64,000 nucleotides of DNA from Nemertoderma westbladi. Its lineage: Eukaryota > Animalia > Xenacoelomorpha. A program made the position numbers and the translations under genes. Positions 1 to 15,000 of the stretch are shown piece after piece. The notes below the pieces were generated by a model. That model was not told where the DNA came from. It saw only the letters and a list, made by a program, of their open reading frames with translations, and searched no databases. Where the stretch lies: the NCBI GenBank assembly GCA_032718475.1, contig JAUCBJ010009074.1, forward strand, positions 1-64,000, in the 5' to 3' direction. Numbering within the stretch: the stretch's first letter is position 1; each line of letters opens with the position of its first letter.

Positions 1-3000
1 TTCATAACTTCTAACCCACTCCACAAGATAAAGAATCTTAAATGAAAGTCAAAAGAGCAGGTAACACTTACATTTATAGAAGCCATCAGCTGTTGTTTGC
101 TTCGTTTTTTCCCTGTAGATGGATGAATTTTGATTGCGTCGGAACACCCCCTTTTTGAGGCTCTCAGAGTGGAGAGATAAGTAGCCTATCTCCCTGTTAA
201 TATTGTTGTGTTCTAGAATATTTATTATAGTTTCATCGTATTGCCAAAGCGGCTGGAGCCAAAGTTAATATGTAATACAATAATTCACCTCAAATATCTC
301 AGCTATTTCATGAACATAATGAAGTATTAAAGCCATGTCAAAATCCTTGGTGTTTTTCAGCAATAATTAATCAAAATATCCTTTGATTTTTTTCAAAAAC
401 CACATCGCTTTTTATATTTATAACTTCTAACCCACTCCATGAGATAGCGAATCTTAAATGAAAGTCAAAAGAACAGGTAACACTTACATTTATAGAAGTA
501 ATCAGCTGTTATTTGCTTCGTCTTTCCCCTGCAGATGGATGAAATTTGATTGCGTCGGAACACCCCGTTTTTGAGGCTCTCAGAGTGAAGAGATAAGTAG
601 CCTATCTCCCTGTTAATATTGTTGTGTTCTAGAATATTTATTATAGATTAATAATCGTCAAATATCTCAGTTTTTTCATGAACATAATGAAGTATTAAAG
701 CCATGTCAAAATCCTTGGGGTTTTTCAGCAATAATTTATCAAAATATCCTCTGATTTTTTTCAAAAACCACATCGATTTTCATATTTATAACTTCTAATC
801 CACTCCACGAGATAGAGAATCTTAAACAAAAGTCATAAGAACAGGTAACACTTTCCTTTATAGAAGTATTCAGCTGTTATTTGCTTCGTCTTTCCCCAGG
901 AGATGGATGAACTTTGATTGCGTCGGAACACCCCCTTTTTGAGGCTCTCAGAGTGGAGGGATAAGTAGCCTATCTCCCTGTTAATATTGTTGTGTTCTGG
1001 AATATTTATTATAGTTTCATCGTATTGCCAAAGCGGCTGGTGCCGAAGTTAATATGTGATACAATAATTCACCTCAAATATCTCAGCTATTTCATGAATA
1101 TAATGAGTATTAAATCCTTGTCAAAATCCTTGGTTTTTTTCAGCAATAATTTATTAAAATCTCCTCTGATTTTTTTCAAAAAACGACAACGATTTTCATA
1201 TTCACGACTTCTATCCCAGTCCACAAGATAAAGAATCTTAAACGAAAGTCAAAAAACAGGTAACACTTACATTTATAGAAGTAATCAGCTGTTATTTGCT
1301 TCGTCTTTCCCCAGGAGATGGATGAACTTTGATTGCGTCGGAACACCCCCTTTTTGAGGCTCTCAGAATGAAGAGATAAGTAGCCTATCTCCCTGTTAAT
1401 ATTGTTGTGGTCTAGAATTTTTATTATAGTTTCATCGTATTGCTAATGTGGCTAGAGTTAAATTTATTATGTAATGCAATAATTCACTTCAAATATCTCA
1501 GTTTTTTCATGAATATAATGAGTATTAAAGCCATGTCAAAATCCTTGGGGTTTTTCAGCAATAATTTATCAAAATATCCTCAGATTTTTTACAAAAAACG
1601 ACATCGATTTTCATGTTCATGATTTCTAACCCACTCCACAAGATAAACAATCTTAAATGAAAGTCAAAAGAACAGGTAACACTTACATTTATAGAAGTAA
1701 TCAGCTATTCTTTGCTTCGTCTTTCCCCTGGAGATGGATGAATTTTGATTGCGTCGGAACACCCCCTTTTTGAGGCTCTCAGAGTGGAGAGATAAGTAGC
1801 CTATCTCCCTGTTAATATTGTTGTGTTCTAGAATATTTAATATAGTTTCATCGTATTGCCAAAGCGGCTGGAGCCAAAGTTAATATGTAACGCAATAATT
1901 CACCTCAAATATGTCAGCTATTTCATGAATATAATGAGTATTAAAGCCATGTCAAAATCCTTGGGGTTTTTCAGCAATAATTTATCAAAATATCCTCAGA
2001 TTTTTTACAAAAAACGACATCGTTTTTCATATTCATGACTTCTAACCCACTCCAAAAGATAAAGAATCTTAAATGAAAGTCAAAGGAGCAGGTAACACTT
2101 TCATTTATAGAAGTAATCAGCTGTTCTTTGCTTCGTCTTTCCCCAGGAGATGGATGAATTTTGATAGCATCAGAACACCCCCTTTTTGAGGCTCTCAGAG
2201 TGGAGAGATAAGTAGCCTAACTCTCTGTTAATATTGTTGGGTTCTAGAATATTTATTATAGTTTCATCGTATTGCTAATGTGGCTGCAGTTAAAGTTATT
2301 ATGTAATGCAATAATTCACCTCAAATATCTCAGTTTTTTCATGAACATAATGAAGTATTAAAGCCATGTCAAAATCCTTGGGGTTTTTCAGCAATAATTT
2401 ATCAAAATATCCTCAGATTTTTTACAAAAAACGACATCGTTTTTCATATTCATGACTTCTAACCCACTGTAAAAGATAAAGAATCTTAAATGAAAGTCAA
2501 AGGAGCAGTCAAAGGTAATATTGTTGTGTTCTAGAATATTTATTATAGTTTAATCCTTGGTGTTTTTCAGCAATAATTAATCAAAATATCCTTTGATTTT
2601 TTTCAAAAACCACATCGATTTTTATATTTATAACTTCTAACTCACTCAATGAGATAGCGAATCTTAAATGAAAGTCAAAAGAACAGGTAACACTTACATT
2701 TATAGAAGTAATCAGCTGTTCTTTGCTTCGTCTTTCCGCTGGAAATGGATTAATTTTAATTGTGTCGGAACACCCCCTTTTTGAGGCTGTCAGAGTGAAG
2801 AGATGAGTAGCCTATCTCCCTGTTAATATTGTTGTGTTCTAGAATATTTATTATAGTTTCATCGTATTGCCAAAGCGGCTGGAGCCAAAGTTAATATGTA
2901 ATGCAATCATTCACCTCAAATATCTGTGCTATTTCATGAATATAATGAGTATTAAATCCTTGTCAAAATCCTTGGTGTTTTTCAGCAATAATTTATTAAA

Positions 3001-6000
3001 ATCTCCTCTGATTTTTTACTAAAAACGACATCGATTATCATATTCATGACTTCTAACCCAATCCAAGAGATCGACAATCTTAAACGAATGTCTAAAGAAC
3101 AGGTAACACTTACATTTATAGAAGTAATCAGCTATTCTTTGCTTCGTCTTTCCCCTGGAGATGGATGAATTTTGATTGCGTCGGAACACCCCCTTTTTGA
3201 GGCTCGAAAGAATGAAGAGATAAGTAGCCTATTTCCCTGTTAATATTGTTGTGTTCTAGAATATTTATTATAGTTTCATCGTTTTGCCAAAGCGGCTGGA
3301 GCCAAAGTTAATATGTAATACAATAATTCACCTCAAATTTCTCAGCTATTTCATGAATATAATGAGTATTAAAGCCATGTCAAAATCCTTGGGGGTTTTC
3401 AGCAATAATTTATCAAAATATCCTCTGATTTTTTTCAAAAACCACATCGATTTTCATATTTATAACTTCTAACCCACTCCACGAGATAGAGAATCTAAAA
3501 TGAAAGTCTAAAGAACAGGTAACACTTACATTTATAGAAGTAATCAGCTGGTCTTTGCTTCGTCTTTCCCCTGGAGATGGATGAATTTTGATTGCGTCGG
3601 AACACCCCCTTTTTGAGGCTCTCAGAGTGAAGAGATAAGTATCCTATATCCCTGTTAATATTGTTGTGTTCTAGAATATTTATTATAGATTCATCGTATT
3701 GCCAAAGAGACTGGAGCTGAAGTTAATATATAATGCAACAATTCACCTCAAGTATCTCAGCTATTTCATGAACATAATGAAGTATTAAAGCCATGTCAAA
3801 ATCCTTGGTGTTTTTCAGCAATAATTAATCAAAATATCCTTTGATTTTTTTCAAAAACCACATCGATTTTCATATTTATAACTTCTAACCCACTCCATGA
3901 GATAGCGAATCTTAAATGAAAGTCAAAAGAACAGGTAACACTTACATTTATAGAAGTAATCAGCTGTTCTTTGCTTCGTCTTTCCCCTGGAGATGGATGA
4001 AATTTGATTGCGTCGGAACACTCCGTTTTTGAGGATCTCAGAGTGAAGAGATAAGTAGCCTATCTCCCTGTTAATATTGTTGTGTTCTAGAATATTTATT
4101 ATAGTTGCATCGTATTGCCAAAGCGGCTGGAGCCGAAGTTAATATGTAATACAATAACTCACCTCAAATATCTCAGTTTTTTCATGAACATAATGAAGTA
4201 TTAAAGCCATGTCAAAATCCTTGGTGTTTTTCTGCCATAATTTATCAAAATCTCCTCTGATTTTTTACAAAAAACGACATCGATTTTCATATTCATGACT
4301 TCTAACCCAGTCTACAAGATAAAGAATCTTAAACGAAGGTCAAAAAAAGGGTAACACTTACATTTATAGAAGTTATCAGCTATTAATTGCTTCGTCTTCC
4401 CCTGGAGATGTTTGAATTTTGATTTGTGTCAAAACACCCTTCCCTATCTGTGGCTGTCTGAGTGGAGAGATAAATAGCCTATCTCCATGTTAATATTGTT
4501 GTGTTCTAGAATATTTATTATAGTTTCATCGTATTGCTAAAGTGGCTGGAGTTAAAGTTATTATGTAATGCAATAATTCACCTCAAATATCTCAGTTATT
4601 TCATGAACATAATGAAGTATTAAAGCCATGTCAAAATCCTTGGGGTTTTTCAGCAATAATTTATCAAAATATCCTCTGATTTTTTTCAAAAACCACATCG
4701 ATTTTCATATTTATAACTTCTAATCCACTCCACGAGATAGAGAATCTTAAACAAAAGTCATAAGAACAGGTAACACTTTCCTTTATAGAAGCTGTTATTT
4801 GCTTTGTCTTTCCCCAGGAGATGGATGAACTTTGATTGCGTCGGAACACCCCCTTTTTGAGGCTCTCAGAGTGGAGAGATAAGTAGCCTATCTCCCTGTT
4901 AATATTGTTGTGTTCTGGAATATTTATTATAGTTTCATCGTATTGCCAAAGCGGCTGGAGCCGAAGTTAATATGTGATACAATAATTCACCTCAAATATC
5001 TCAGCTATTTCATGAACATAATGAAGTATTAAAGCCATGTCAAAATCCTTGGTGTTTTTCTGCAATAATTAATCAAAATATCCTCTGATTTTTTTCAAAA
5101 ACCATATCGATTTTCATATTTATAACTTCTAACCCACTCCACGAGATAGAGAATCTTAAATGAAAGTCATAAGAACAGGTAACACTTTCCTTTATAGAAG
5201 CTGTTATTTGCTTCGTCTTTCCCCAGGAGATGGATGAACTTTGATTGCGTCGGAACACCCCCTTTTTGAGGCTCTCAGAGTGGAGAGATAAGTAGCCTAT
5301 CTCCCTGTTAATATTGTTGCGTTCTAGAATATTAATTATAGTTTAATCGTATTACCAAAGCGGCTGGAGCCGAAGTTAATATGTAATACAATAACTCACC
5401 TCAAATATCTCAGTTTTTTCATGAACATAATGAAGTATTAAAGCCATGTCAAAATCCTTGGTGTTTTTCTGCAATAATTTATAAAAATCTCCTCCGATTT
5501 TTTACAAAAAACGACATCGATTTTCATATTCATGACTTCTATCCCAGTCCACAAGATAAAGAATCTTAAACGAAAGTCAAAAAACAGGTAACACTTACAT
5601 TTATAGAAGTTATCAGCTGTTATTTGCTTCGTCTTCCCCTGGAGATGGTTGAATTTTGATTGTGTCAAAACACGCCTCCCTATCTGTGGCTGTCTGAGTG
5701 GAGAGATAAGTAGCCTATCTCCATGTTAATATTGTTGTGTTCTAGAATATTTATTATAGTTTCATCGTATTGCTAAAGTGGCTGGAGTTAAAGTTATTAT
5801 GTAATGCAATAATTAACCTCAAATATCTCAGTGTTTTCATGAACATAATGAAGTATTAAAGCCATGTCAAAATCCTTGGGGTTTTTCAGCAATAATTTAT
5901 CAAAAGATCCTCAGATTTTTTACAAAAAACGACATCGATTTTCATATTTATAACTTCTAACCCACTCAATGAGATAGCGAATCTTAAATGAAAGTCAAAA

Positions 6001-9000
6001 GAACACGTAACACTTACATTTATAGAAGTAATCAGCTGTTCTTTGCTTCGTCTTTCCCCTGGAAATGGATTAATTTTAATTGCGTCGGAACACCCCCTTT
6101 TTGAGGCTGTCAGAGTGAAGAGATGAGTAGCCTATCTCCCTGTTAATATTGTTGTGTTCTAGAATATTTATTATAGTTTCATCGTATTGCCAAAGCGGCT
6201 GGAGCCAAAGTTAATATGTAATGCAATAATTCACCTCAAATATCTGTGCTATTTCATGAATATAATGAGTATTAAATCCTTGTCAAAATCCTTGGTGTTT
6301 TTCAGCAATAATTTATTAAAATCTCCTCTGATTTTTTACTAAAAACGACATCGATTATCATATTCATGACTTCTAACCCAATCCAAGAGATCGACAATCT
6401 TAAACGAATGTCTAAAGAACATGTAACACTTACATTTATAGAATTAATCAGCTATTCTTTGCTTTGTGTTTCCCCTGGAGATGGATGAATTTTGATTGCG
6501 TCGGAACACCCCGTTTTTGAGGCTCTAAGAATGAAGAGATAAGTAGCCTATTTCCCTGTTAATATTGTTGTGTTCTAGAATATTTATTATAGTTTCATCG
6601 TATTGCCAAAGCGGCTGGAGCCAAAGTTAATATGTAATACAATAATTCACCTCAAATTTCTCAGCTATTTCATGAATATAATGAGTATTAAAGCCATGTC
6701 AAAATCCTTGGGGGTTTTCAGCAATAATTTATCAAAATATCCTCTGATTTTTTTCAAAAACCACATCGATTTTCATATTTATAACTTCTAACCCACTCCA
6801 CGAGATAGAGAATCTTAAATGAAAGTCAAAAGAGCAGGTAACACTTACATTTATAGAAGTAATCAGCTGGTCTTTGCTTCGTCTTTCCCCTGGAGATGGA
6901 TGAATTTTGATTGCGTCGGAACACCCCCTTTTTGAGGCTCTCAGAGTGAAGAGATAAGTATCCTATATCCCTGTTAATATTGTTGTGTTCTAGAATATTT
7001 ATTATAGATTCATCGTATTGCCAAAGAGACTGGAGCTGAAGTTAATATATAATGCAACAATTCACCTCAAGTATCTCAGCTATTTCATGAACATAATGAA
7101 GTATTAAAGCCATGTCAAAATCCTTGGTGTTTTTCAGCAATAATTAATCAAAATATCCTTTGATTTTTTTCAAAAACCACATCGATTTTCATATTTATAA
7201 CTTCTAACCCACTCCATGAGATAGCGAATCTTAAATGAAAGTCAAAAGAACAGGTAACACTTACATTTATAGAAGTAATCAGCTGTTCTTTGCTTCGTCT
7301 TTCCCCTGGAGATGGATGAAATTTGATTGCGTCGGAACACTCCGTTTTTGAGGATCTCAGAGTGAAGAGATAAGTAGCCTATCTCCCTGTTAATATTGTT
7401 GTGTTCTAGAATATTTATTATAGTTGCATCGTATTGCCAAAGCGGCTGGAGCCGAAGTTAATATGTAATACAATAACTCACCTCAAATATCTCAGTTTTT
7501 TCATGAACATAATGAAGTATTAAAGCCATGTCAAAATCCTTGGTGTTTTTCTGCCATAATTTATCAAAATCTCCTCTGATTTTTTACAAAAAACGACATC
7601 GATTTTCATATTCATGACTTCTAACCCAGTCTACAAGATAAAGAATCTTAAACGAAGGTCAAAAAAAGGGTAACACTTACATTTATAGAAGTTATCAGCT
7701 ATTAATTGCTTCGTCTTCCCCTGGAGATGTTTGAATTTTGATTGTGTCAAAACACCCTTCCCTATCTGTGGCTGTCTGAGTGGAGAGATAAATAGCCTAT
7801 CTCCATGTTAATATTGTTGTGTTCTAGAATATTTATTATAGTTTCATCGTATTGCTAAAGTGGCTGGAGTTAAAGTTATTATGTAATGCAATAATTCACC
7901 TCAAATATCTCAGTTTTTTCATGAACATAATGAAGTATTAAAGCCATGTCAAAATCCTTGGGGTTTTTCAGCAATAATTTATCAAAATATCCTCTGATTT
8001 TTTTCAAAAACCACATCGATTTTCATATTTATAACTTCTAATCCACTCCACGAGATAGAGAATCTTAAACAAAAGTCATAAGAACAGGTAACACTTTCCT
8101 TTATAGAAGCTGTTATTTGCTTCGTCTTTCCCCAGGAGATGGATGAACTTTGATTGCGTCGGAACACCCCCTTTTTGAGGCTCTCAGAGTGGAGAGATAA
8201 GTAGCCTATCTCCCTGTTAATATTGTTGTGTTCTGGAATATTTATTATAGTTTCATCGTATTGCCAAAGCGGCTGGAGCCGAAGTTAATATGTGATACAA
8301 TAATTCACCTCAAATATCTCAGCTATTTCATGAACATAATGAAGTATTAAAGCCATGTCAAAATCCTTGGTGTTTTTCTGCAATAATTAATCAAAATATC
8401 CTCTGATTTTTTTCAAAAACCATATCGATTTTCATATTTATAACTTCTAACCCACTCCACGAGATAGAGAATCTTAAATGAAAGTCATAAGAACAGGTAA
8501 CACTTTCCTTTATAGAAGCTGTTATTTGCTTCGTCTTTCCCCAGGAGATGGATGAACTTTGATTGCGTCGGAACACCCCCTTTTTGAGGCTCTCAGAGTG
8601 GAGAGATAAGTAGCCTATCTCCCTGTTAATATTGTTGCGTTCTAGAATATTTATTATAGTTTAATCGTATTACCAAAGCGGCTGGAGCCGAAGTTAATAT
8701 GTAATACAATAACTCACCTCAAATATCTCAGTTTTTTCATGAACATAATGAAGTATTAAAGCCATGTCAAAATCCTTGGTGTTTTTCTGCAATAATTTAT
8801 TAAAATCTCCTCCGATTTTTTACAAAAAACGACATCGATTTTCATATTCATGACTTCTATCCCAGTCCACAAGATAAAGAATCTTAAACGAAAGTCAAAA
8901 GAACAGGTAACACTTACATTTATAGAAGTTATCAGCTGTTATTTGCTTCGTATTCCCCTGGAGATGGTTGAATTTTGATTGTGTCAAAACACGCCTCCCT

Positions 9001-12000
9001 ATCTGTGGCTGTCTGAGTGGAGAGATAAGTAGCCTATCTCCATGTTAATATTGTTGTGTTCTAGAATATTTATTATAGTTTCATCGTATTGCTAAAGTGG
9101 CTGGAATTAAAGTTATTATGTAATGCAATAATTAACCTCAAATATCTCAGTGTTTTCATGAACATAATGAAGTATTAAAGCCATGTCAAAATCCTTGGGG
9201 TTTTTCAGCAATAATTTATCAAAAGATCCTCAGATTTTTTACAAAAAACGACATCGATTTTCATATTTATAACTTCTAACCCACTCAATGAGATAGCGAA
9301 TCTTAAATGAAAGTCAAAAGAACAGGTAACACTTACATTTATAGAAGTAATCAGCTGTTCTTTGCTTCGTCTTTCCCCTGGAGATGGATTAATTTTGATT
9401 GCGTCGGAACACCCCCTTTTTGAGGCTGTCAGAGTGAAGAGATGAGTAGCCTATCTCCCTGTTAATATTGTTGTGTTCTAGAATATTTATTATAGATTCA
9501 TCGTATTGCCAAAGAGACTGGAGCTGAAGTTAATATATAATGCAACAATTCACCTCAAGTATCTCAGCTATTTCATGAACATAATGAAGTATTAAAGCCA
9601 TGTCAAAATCCTTGGTGTTTTTCAGCAATAATTAATCAAAATATCCTTTGATTTTTTTCAAAAACCACATCGATTATTATATTTATAACTTCTAACCCAC
9701 TCCATGAGATAGCGAATCTTAAATGAAAGTCAAAAGAACAGGTAACACTTACATTTATAGAAGTAATCAGCAGTTCTTTGCTTCGTCTTTCCCCTGGAGA
9801 TGGATGAAATTTGATTGCGTCGGAACACCCCGTTTTTGAGGCTCTCAGAGTGAAGAGATAAGTAGCCTATCTCCCTGTTAATATTGTTGTGTTCTAGAAT
9901 ATTTATTATAGTCTCATCGTATTGCTAATGTGGCTGCAGTTAAAGTTATTATGTAATGCAATAATTCACCTCAAATATCTCAGCTATTTCATGAACATAA
10001 TGAAGTATTAAAGCCATGTCAAAATCCTTGGTGTTTTTCAGCAATAATTAATCAAAATATCCTTTGATTTTTTTCAAAAACCACAACGATTTTCATATTT
10101 ATAACTTCTAACCCACTCTATGAGATAGCGAATCTTAAATGAAAGTCAAAAGAACAGGTAACACTTACATTTATAGAAATAATCAGCTGTTCTTTGCTTC
10201 GTCTTTCCCCTGGAGAAGGATGAAATTTGATTGCGTCGGAACACCCCGTTTTTGAGGCTCTCAGAGTGAAGAGATAAGTAGCCTATCTCCCTGTTAATAT
10301 TGTTGTGTTCTAGAATATTTATTATAGTTGCATCGTATTGCCAAAGCGGCTGGAGCCGAAGTTAATATGTAATACAATAACTCACCTCAAATATCTCAGT
10401 TTTTTCATGAACATAATGAAGTATTAAAGCCATGTCAAAATCCTTGGTGATTTTCTGCCATAATTTATCAAAATCTCCTCTGATTTTTTACAAAAAACGA
10501 CATCGATTTTCATATTCATGACTTCTATCCCAGTCCACAAGATAAAGAATCTTTAAACGAAAGTCAAAAAACAGGTAACACTTTCATTTATAGAAGTAAT
10601 CAGCTGTTCTTTGCTTCGTCTTTCCCCAGGAGATGGATGAATTTTGATAGCGTCAAAACACCCCCTTTTTGAGGCTCTCAGAGTGGAGAGATAAGTAGCC
10701 TATCTCCATGTTAATATTGTTGTGTTCTAGAATATTTATTATAGTTTCATCGTATTGCTAAAGTGGCTGGAGTTAAAGTTATTATGTAATGCAATATTCA
10801 CCTCAAATATCTCAGTTTTTTCATGAACATAATGAAGTATTAAAGCCATGTCAAAATCCTTGGGGTTTTTCAGCAATCATTTATCAAAACATCCTCAGAT
10901 TTTTTACAAAAAACGACATCGATTTTCATATTCATAACTTCTAACCCACTCCACAAGATAAAGAATCTTAAATGAAAGTCAAAAGAGCAGGTAACACTTA
11001 CATTTATAGAAGCCATCAGCTGTTGTTTGCTTCGTTTTTCCCCTGTAGATGGATGAATTTTGATTGCGTCGGAACACCCCCTTTTTGAGGCTCTCAGAGT
11101 GGAGAGATAAGTAGCCTATCTCCCTGTTAATATTGTTGTGTTCTAGAATATTTATTATAATTTCATCGTATTGCCAAAGCGGCTGGAGCCAAAGTTAATA
11201 TGTAATACAATAATTCACCTCAAATATCTCAGCTTTTTCATGAACATAATGAAGTATTAAAGCCATGTCAAAATCCTTGGTGTTTTTCAGCAATAATTAA
11301 TCAAAATATCCTTTGATTTTTTTCAAAAACCACAACGATTTTCATATTTATAACTTCTAACCCACTCTATGAGATAGCGAATCTTAAATGAAAGTCAAAA
11401 GAACAGGTAACACTTACATTTATAGAAATAATCAGCTGTTCTTTGCTTCGTCTTTCCCATTGAGATGGATGAAATTTGATTGCGTCGGAACACCCCGTTC
11501 TTGAGGCTCTCAGAGTGAAGAGATAAGTAGTCTATCTCCCTGTTAATATTGTTGTGTTCTAGAATATTTATTATAGTTTAATCGTATTACAAAAGCGGCT
11601 GGAGCCGAAGTTAATATGTAATACAATAACTCACCTCAAATATCTCAGTTTTTTCATGAACATAATGAAGTATTAAAGCCATGTCAAAATCCTTGGTGTT
11701 TTTCTGCAATAATTTATCAAAATCTCCTCCGATTTTCTACAAAAAACGACATCGATTTTCATATTCATGACTTCTATCCCAGTCCACAAGATAAAGAATC
11801 TTAAACGAAAGTCAAAAAACAGGTAACACTTACATTTAAAGAAGTTATCAGCTGTTATTTGCTTCGTCTTCCCCTGGAGATGGTTGAATTTTGATTGAGT
11901 CAAAACACGCCTCCGTATCTGTGGCTGTCTGAGTGGAGAGATAAGTAGCCTATCTCCATGTTAATATTGTTGTGTTCTAGAATATTTATTATAGTTTCAT

Positions 12001-15000
12001 CGTATTGCTAAAGTTGCTGGAGTTAAAGTTATTATGTAATGCAATAATTCACCTCAAATATCTCAGTTTTTTCATGAACATAATGAAGTATTAAAGCCAT
12101 GTCAAAATCCTTGGGGTTTTTCAGCAATAATTTATCAAAAGATCCTCAGATTTTTTACAAAAAACGACATCGATTTTCATATTCATATCTTCTAACCCAC
12201 TCCACAAGATAAAGAATCTTTAAATGAAAGTCAAAGGAGCAGGTAACACTTACATTTATAGAAGTAATCAGCTGTTCTTTGCTTCGTCTTTCCCCTGGAG
12301 ATGGATGAATTTTGATTGCGTCGGAACACCCCGTCTTTGAGGCTCTCAGATTGAAGAGATAAGTAGCCTATCTCCCTGTTAATATTGTTGTGTTCTAGAA
12401 TATTTATTATAGTTTCATCGTATTGCTAATGTGGCTGCAGTTAAAGTTATTATGTAATGCAATAATTCACCTCAAATATCTCAGCTTTTTCATGAACATA
12501 ATGAAGTATTAAAGCCATGTCAAAATCCTTGGGGTTTTTCAGCAATAATTTATCAAAAGATCCTCAGATTTTTTACAAAAAACGACATCGATTTTCATAT
12601 TCATATCTTCTAACCCACTCCACAAGATAAAGAATCTTAAATGAAAGTCAAAGGAGCAGGTAACACTTACATTTATAGAAGTAATCAGCTGTTCTTTGCT
12701 TCGTCTTTCCCCTGGAGATGGATGAATTTTGATTGCGTCGGAACACCCCGTTTTTGAGGCTCTCAGATTGAAGAGATAAGTAGCCTATCTCCCTGTTAAT
12801 ATTGTTGTGTTCTAGAATATTATTAAAGTTTCATCATATTGCCAAAGCGGCTGGAGCCAAAGTTAATATGTAATACAATAATTCACCTCAAATATCTCAG
12901 CTATTTCATGAACATAATGAAGTATTAAAGCCATGTCAAAATCCTTGGTGTTTTTCAGCAATAGTTAATCAAAATATCCTTTGATTTTTTTCAAAAACCA
13001 CATCGATTTTTATATTTATAACTTCTAACTCACTCTTTGAGATAGCGAATCTTAAATGAAAGTCAAAAGAACAGGTAACACTTACATTTATAGAAGTAAT
13101 CAGCTGTTCTTTGCTTCGTCTTTCCCCTGGAAATGGATTAATTTTGATTGCGTCGGAACACCCCCTTTTTGAGGCTCTCAGAGTGAAGAGATGAGTAGCC
13201 TATCTCCCTGTTAATATTGTTGTGTTCTAGAATATTTATTATAGTTTAATAATCGTCAAATATCTCAGTTTTTTCATGAACATAATGAAGTATTAAAGAG
13301 ATGTCAAAATCCTTGGGGTTTTTCAGCAATAATTTATCAAAATATCCTCTGATTTTTTTCAAAAACCACATCGATTTTCATATTCATATCTTCTAACCCA
13401 CTCCACAAGATAAAGAATCTTAAATGAAAGTCAAAAGAGCAGGTAACACTTACATTTATAGAAGCCATCAGCTGTTGTTTGCTTCGTTTTTCCCCTGTAG
13501 ATGGATGAATTTTGATTGCGTCGGAACACCCCCTTTTTGAGGCTCTCAGAGTGGAGAGATAAGTAGCCTATCTCCCTGTTAATATTGTTGTGTTCTAGAA
13601 TATTTATTATAGTTTCATCGTATTGCCAAAGCGGCTGGAGCCAAAGTTAATATGTAATACAATAATTCACCTCAAATATCTCAGCTATTTCATGAACATA
13701 ATGAAGTATTAAAGCCATGTCAAAATCCTTGGTGTTTTTCAGCAATAATTAATCAAAATATCCTTTGATTTTTTTCAAAAACCACATCGCTTTTTATATT
13801 TATAACTTCTAACCCACTCCATGAGATAGCGAATCTTAAATGAAAGTCAAAAGAACAGGTAACACTTACATTTATAGAAGTAATCAGCTGTTATTTGCTT
13901 CGTCTTTCCCCTGCAGATGGATGAAATTTGATTGCGTCGGAACACCCCGTTTTTGAGGCTCTCAGAGTGAAGAGATAAGTAGCCTATCTCCCTGTTAATA
14001 TTGTTGTGTTCTAGAATATTTATTATAGTTTAATAATCGTCAAATATCTCAGTTTTTTCATGAACATAATGAAGTATTAAAGCCATGTCAAAATCCTTGG
14101 GGTTTTTCAGCAATAATTTATCAAAATATCCTCTGATTTTTTTCAAAAACCACATCGATTTTCATATTTATAACTTCTAATCCACTCCACGAGATAGAGA
14201 ATCTTAAACAAAAGTCATAAGAACAGGTAACACTTTCCTTTATAGAAGTATTCAGCTGTTATTTGCTTCGTCTTTCCCCAGGAGATGGATGAACTTTGAT
14301 TGCGTCGGAACTCCCCCTTTTTGAGGCTCTCAGAGTGGAGGGATAAGTAGCCTATCTCCCTGTTAATATTGTTGTGTTCTGGAATATTTATTATAGTTTC
14401 ATCGTATTGCCAAAGCGGCTGGTGCCGAAGTTAATATGTGATACAATAATTCACCTCAAATATCTCAGCTATTTCATGAATATAATGAGTATTAAATCCT
14501 TGTCAAAATCCTTGGTTTTTTTCAGCAATAATTTATTAAAATCTCCTCTGATTTTTTTCAAAAAACGACAACGATTTTCATATTCACGACTTCTATCCCA
14601 GTCCACAAGATAAAGAATCTTAAACGAAAGTCAAAAAACAGGTAACACTTACATTTATAGAAGTAATCAGCTGTTATTTGCTTCGTCTTTCCCCAGGAGA
14701 TGGATGAACTTTGATTGCGTCGGAACACCCCCTTTTTGAGGCTCTCAGAATGAAGAGATAAGTAGCCTATCTTCCTGTTAATATTGTTGTGGTCTAGAAT
14801 TTTTATTATAGTTTCATCGTATTGCTAATGTGGCTAGAGTTAAATTTATTATGTAATGCAATAATTCACTTCAAATATCTCAGTTTTTTCATGAATATAA
14901 TGAGTATTAAAGCCATGTCAAAATCCTTGGGGTTTTTCAGCAATAATTTATCAAAATATCCTCAGATTTTTTACAAAAAACGACATCGATTTTCATATTC

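Noticed and set aside
95-155. CENP-B-box-like motifs (CTTCGTCTTTCCCC, TGCGTCGGAACACC)
   Set aside because: They lack the required TTCG....A..CGGG pattern.
170-222. Canonical Helitron 3' end (hairpin + CTAG) in each monomer
   Set aside because: Hairpin is AT-rich, spacing is ~20 nt and CTAG is followed by A not T; kept only as part of a weaker origin hypothesis.
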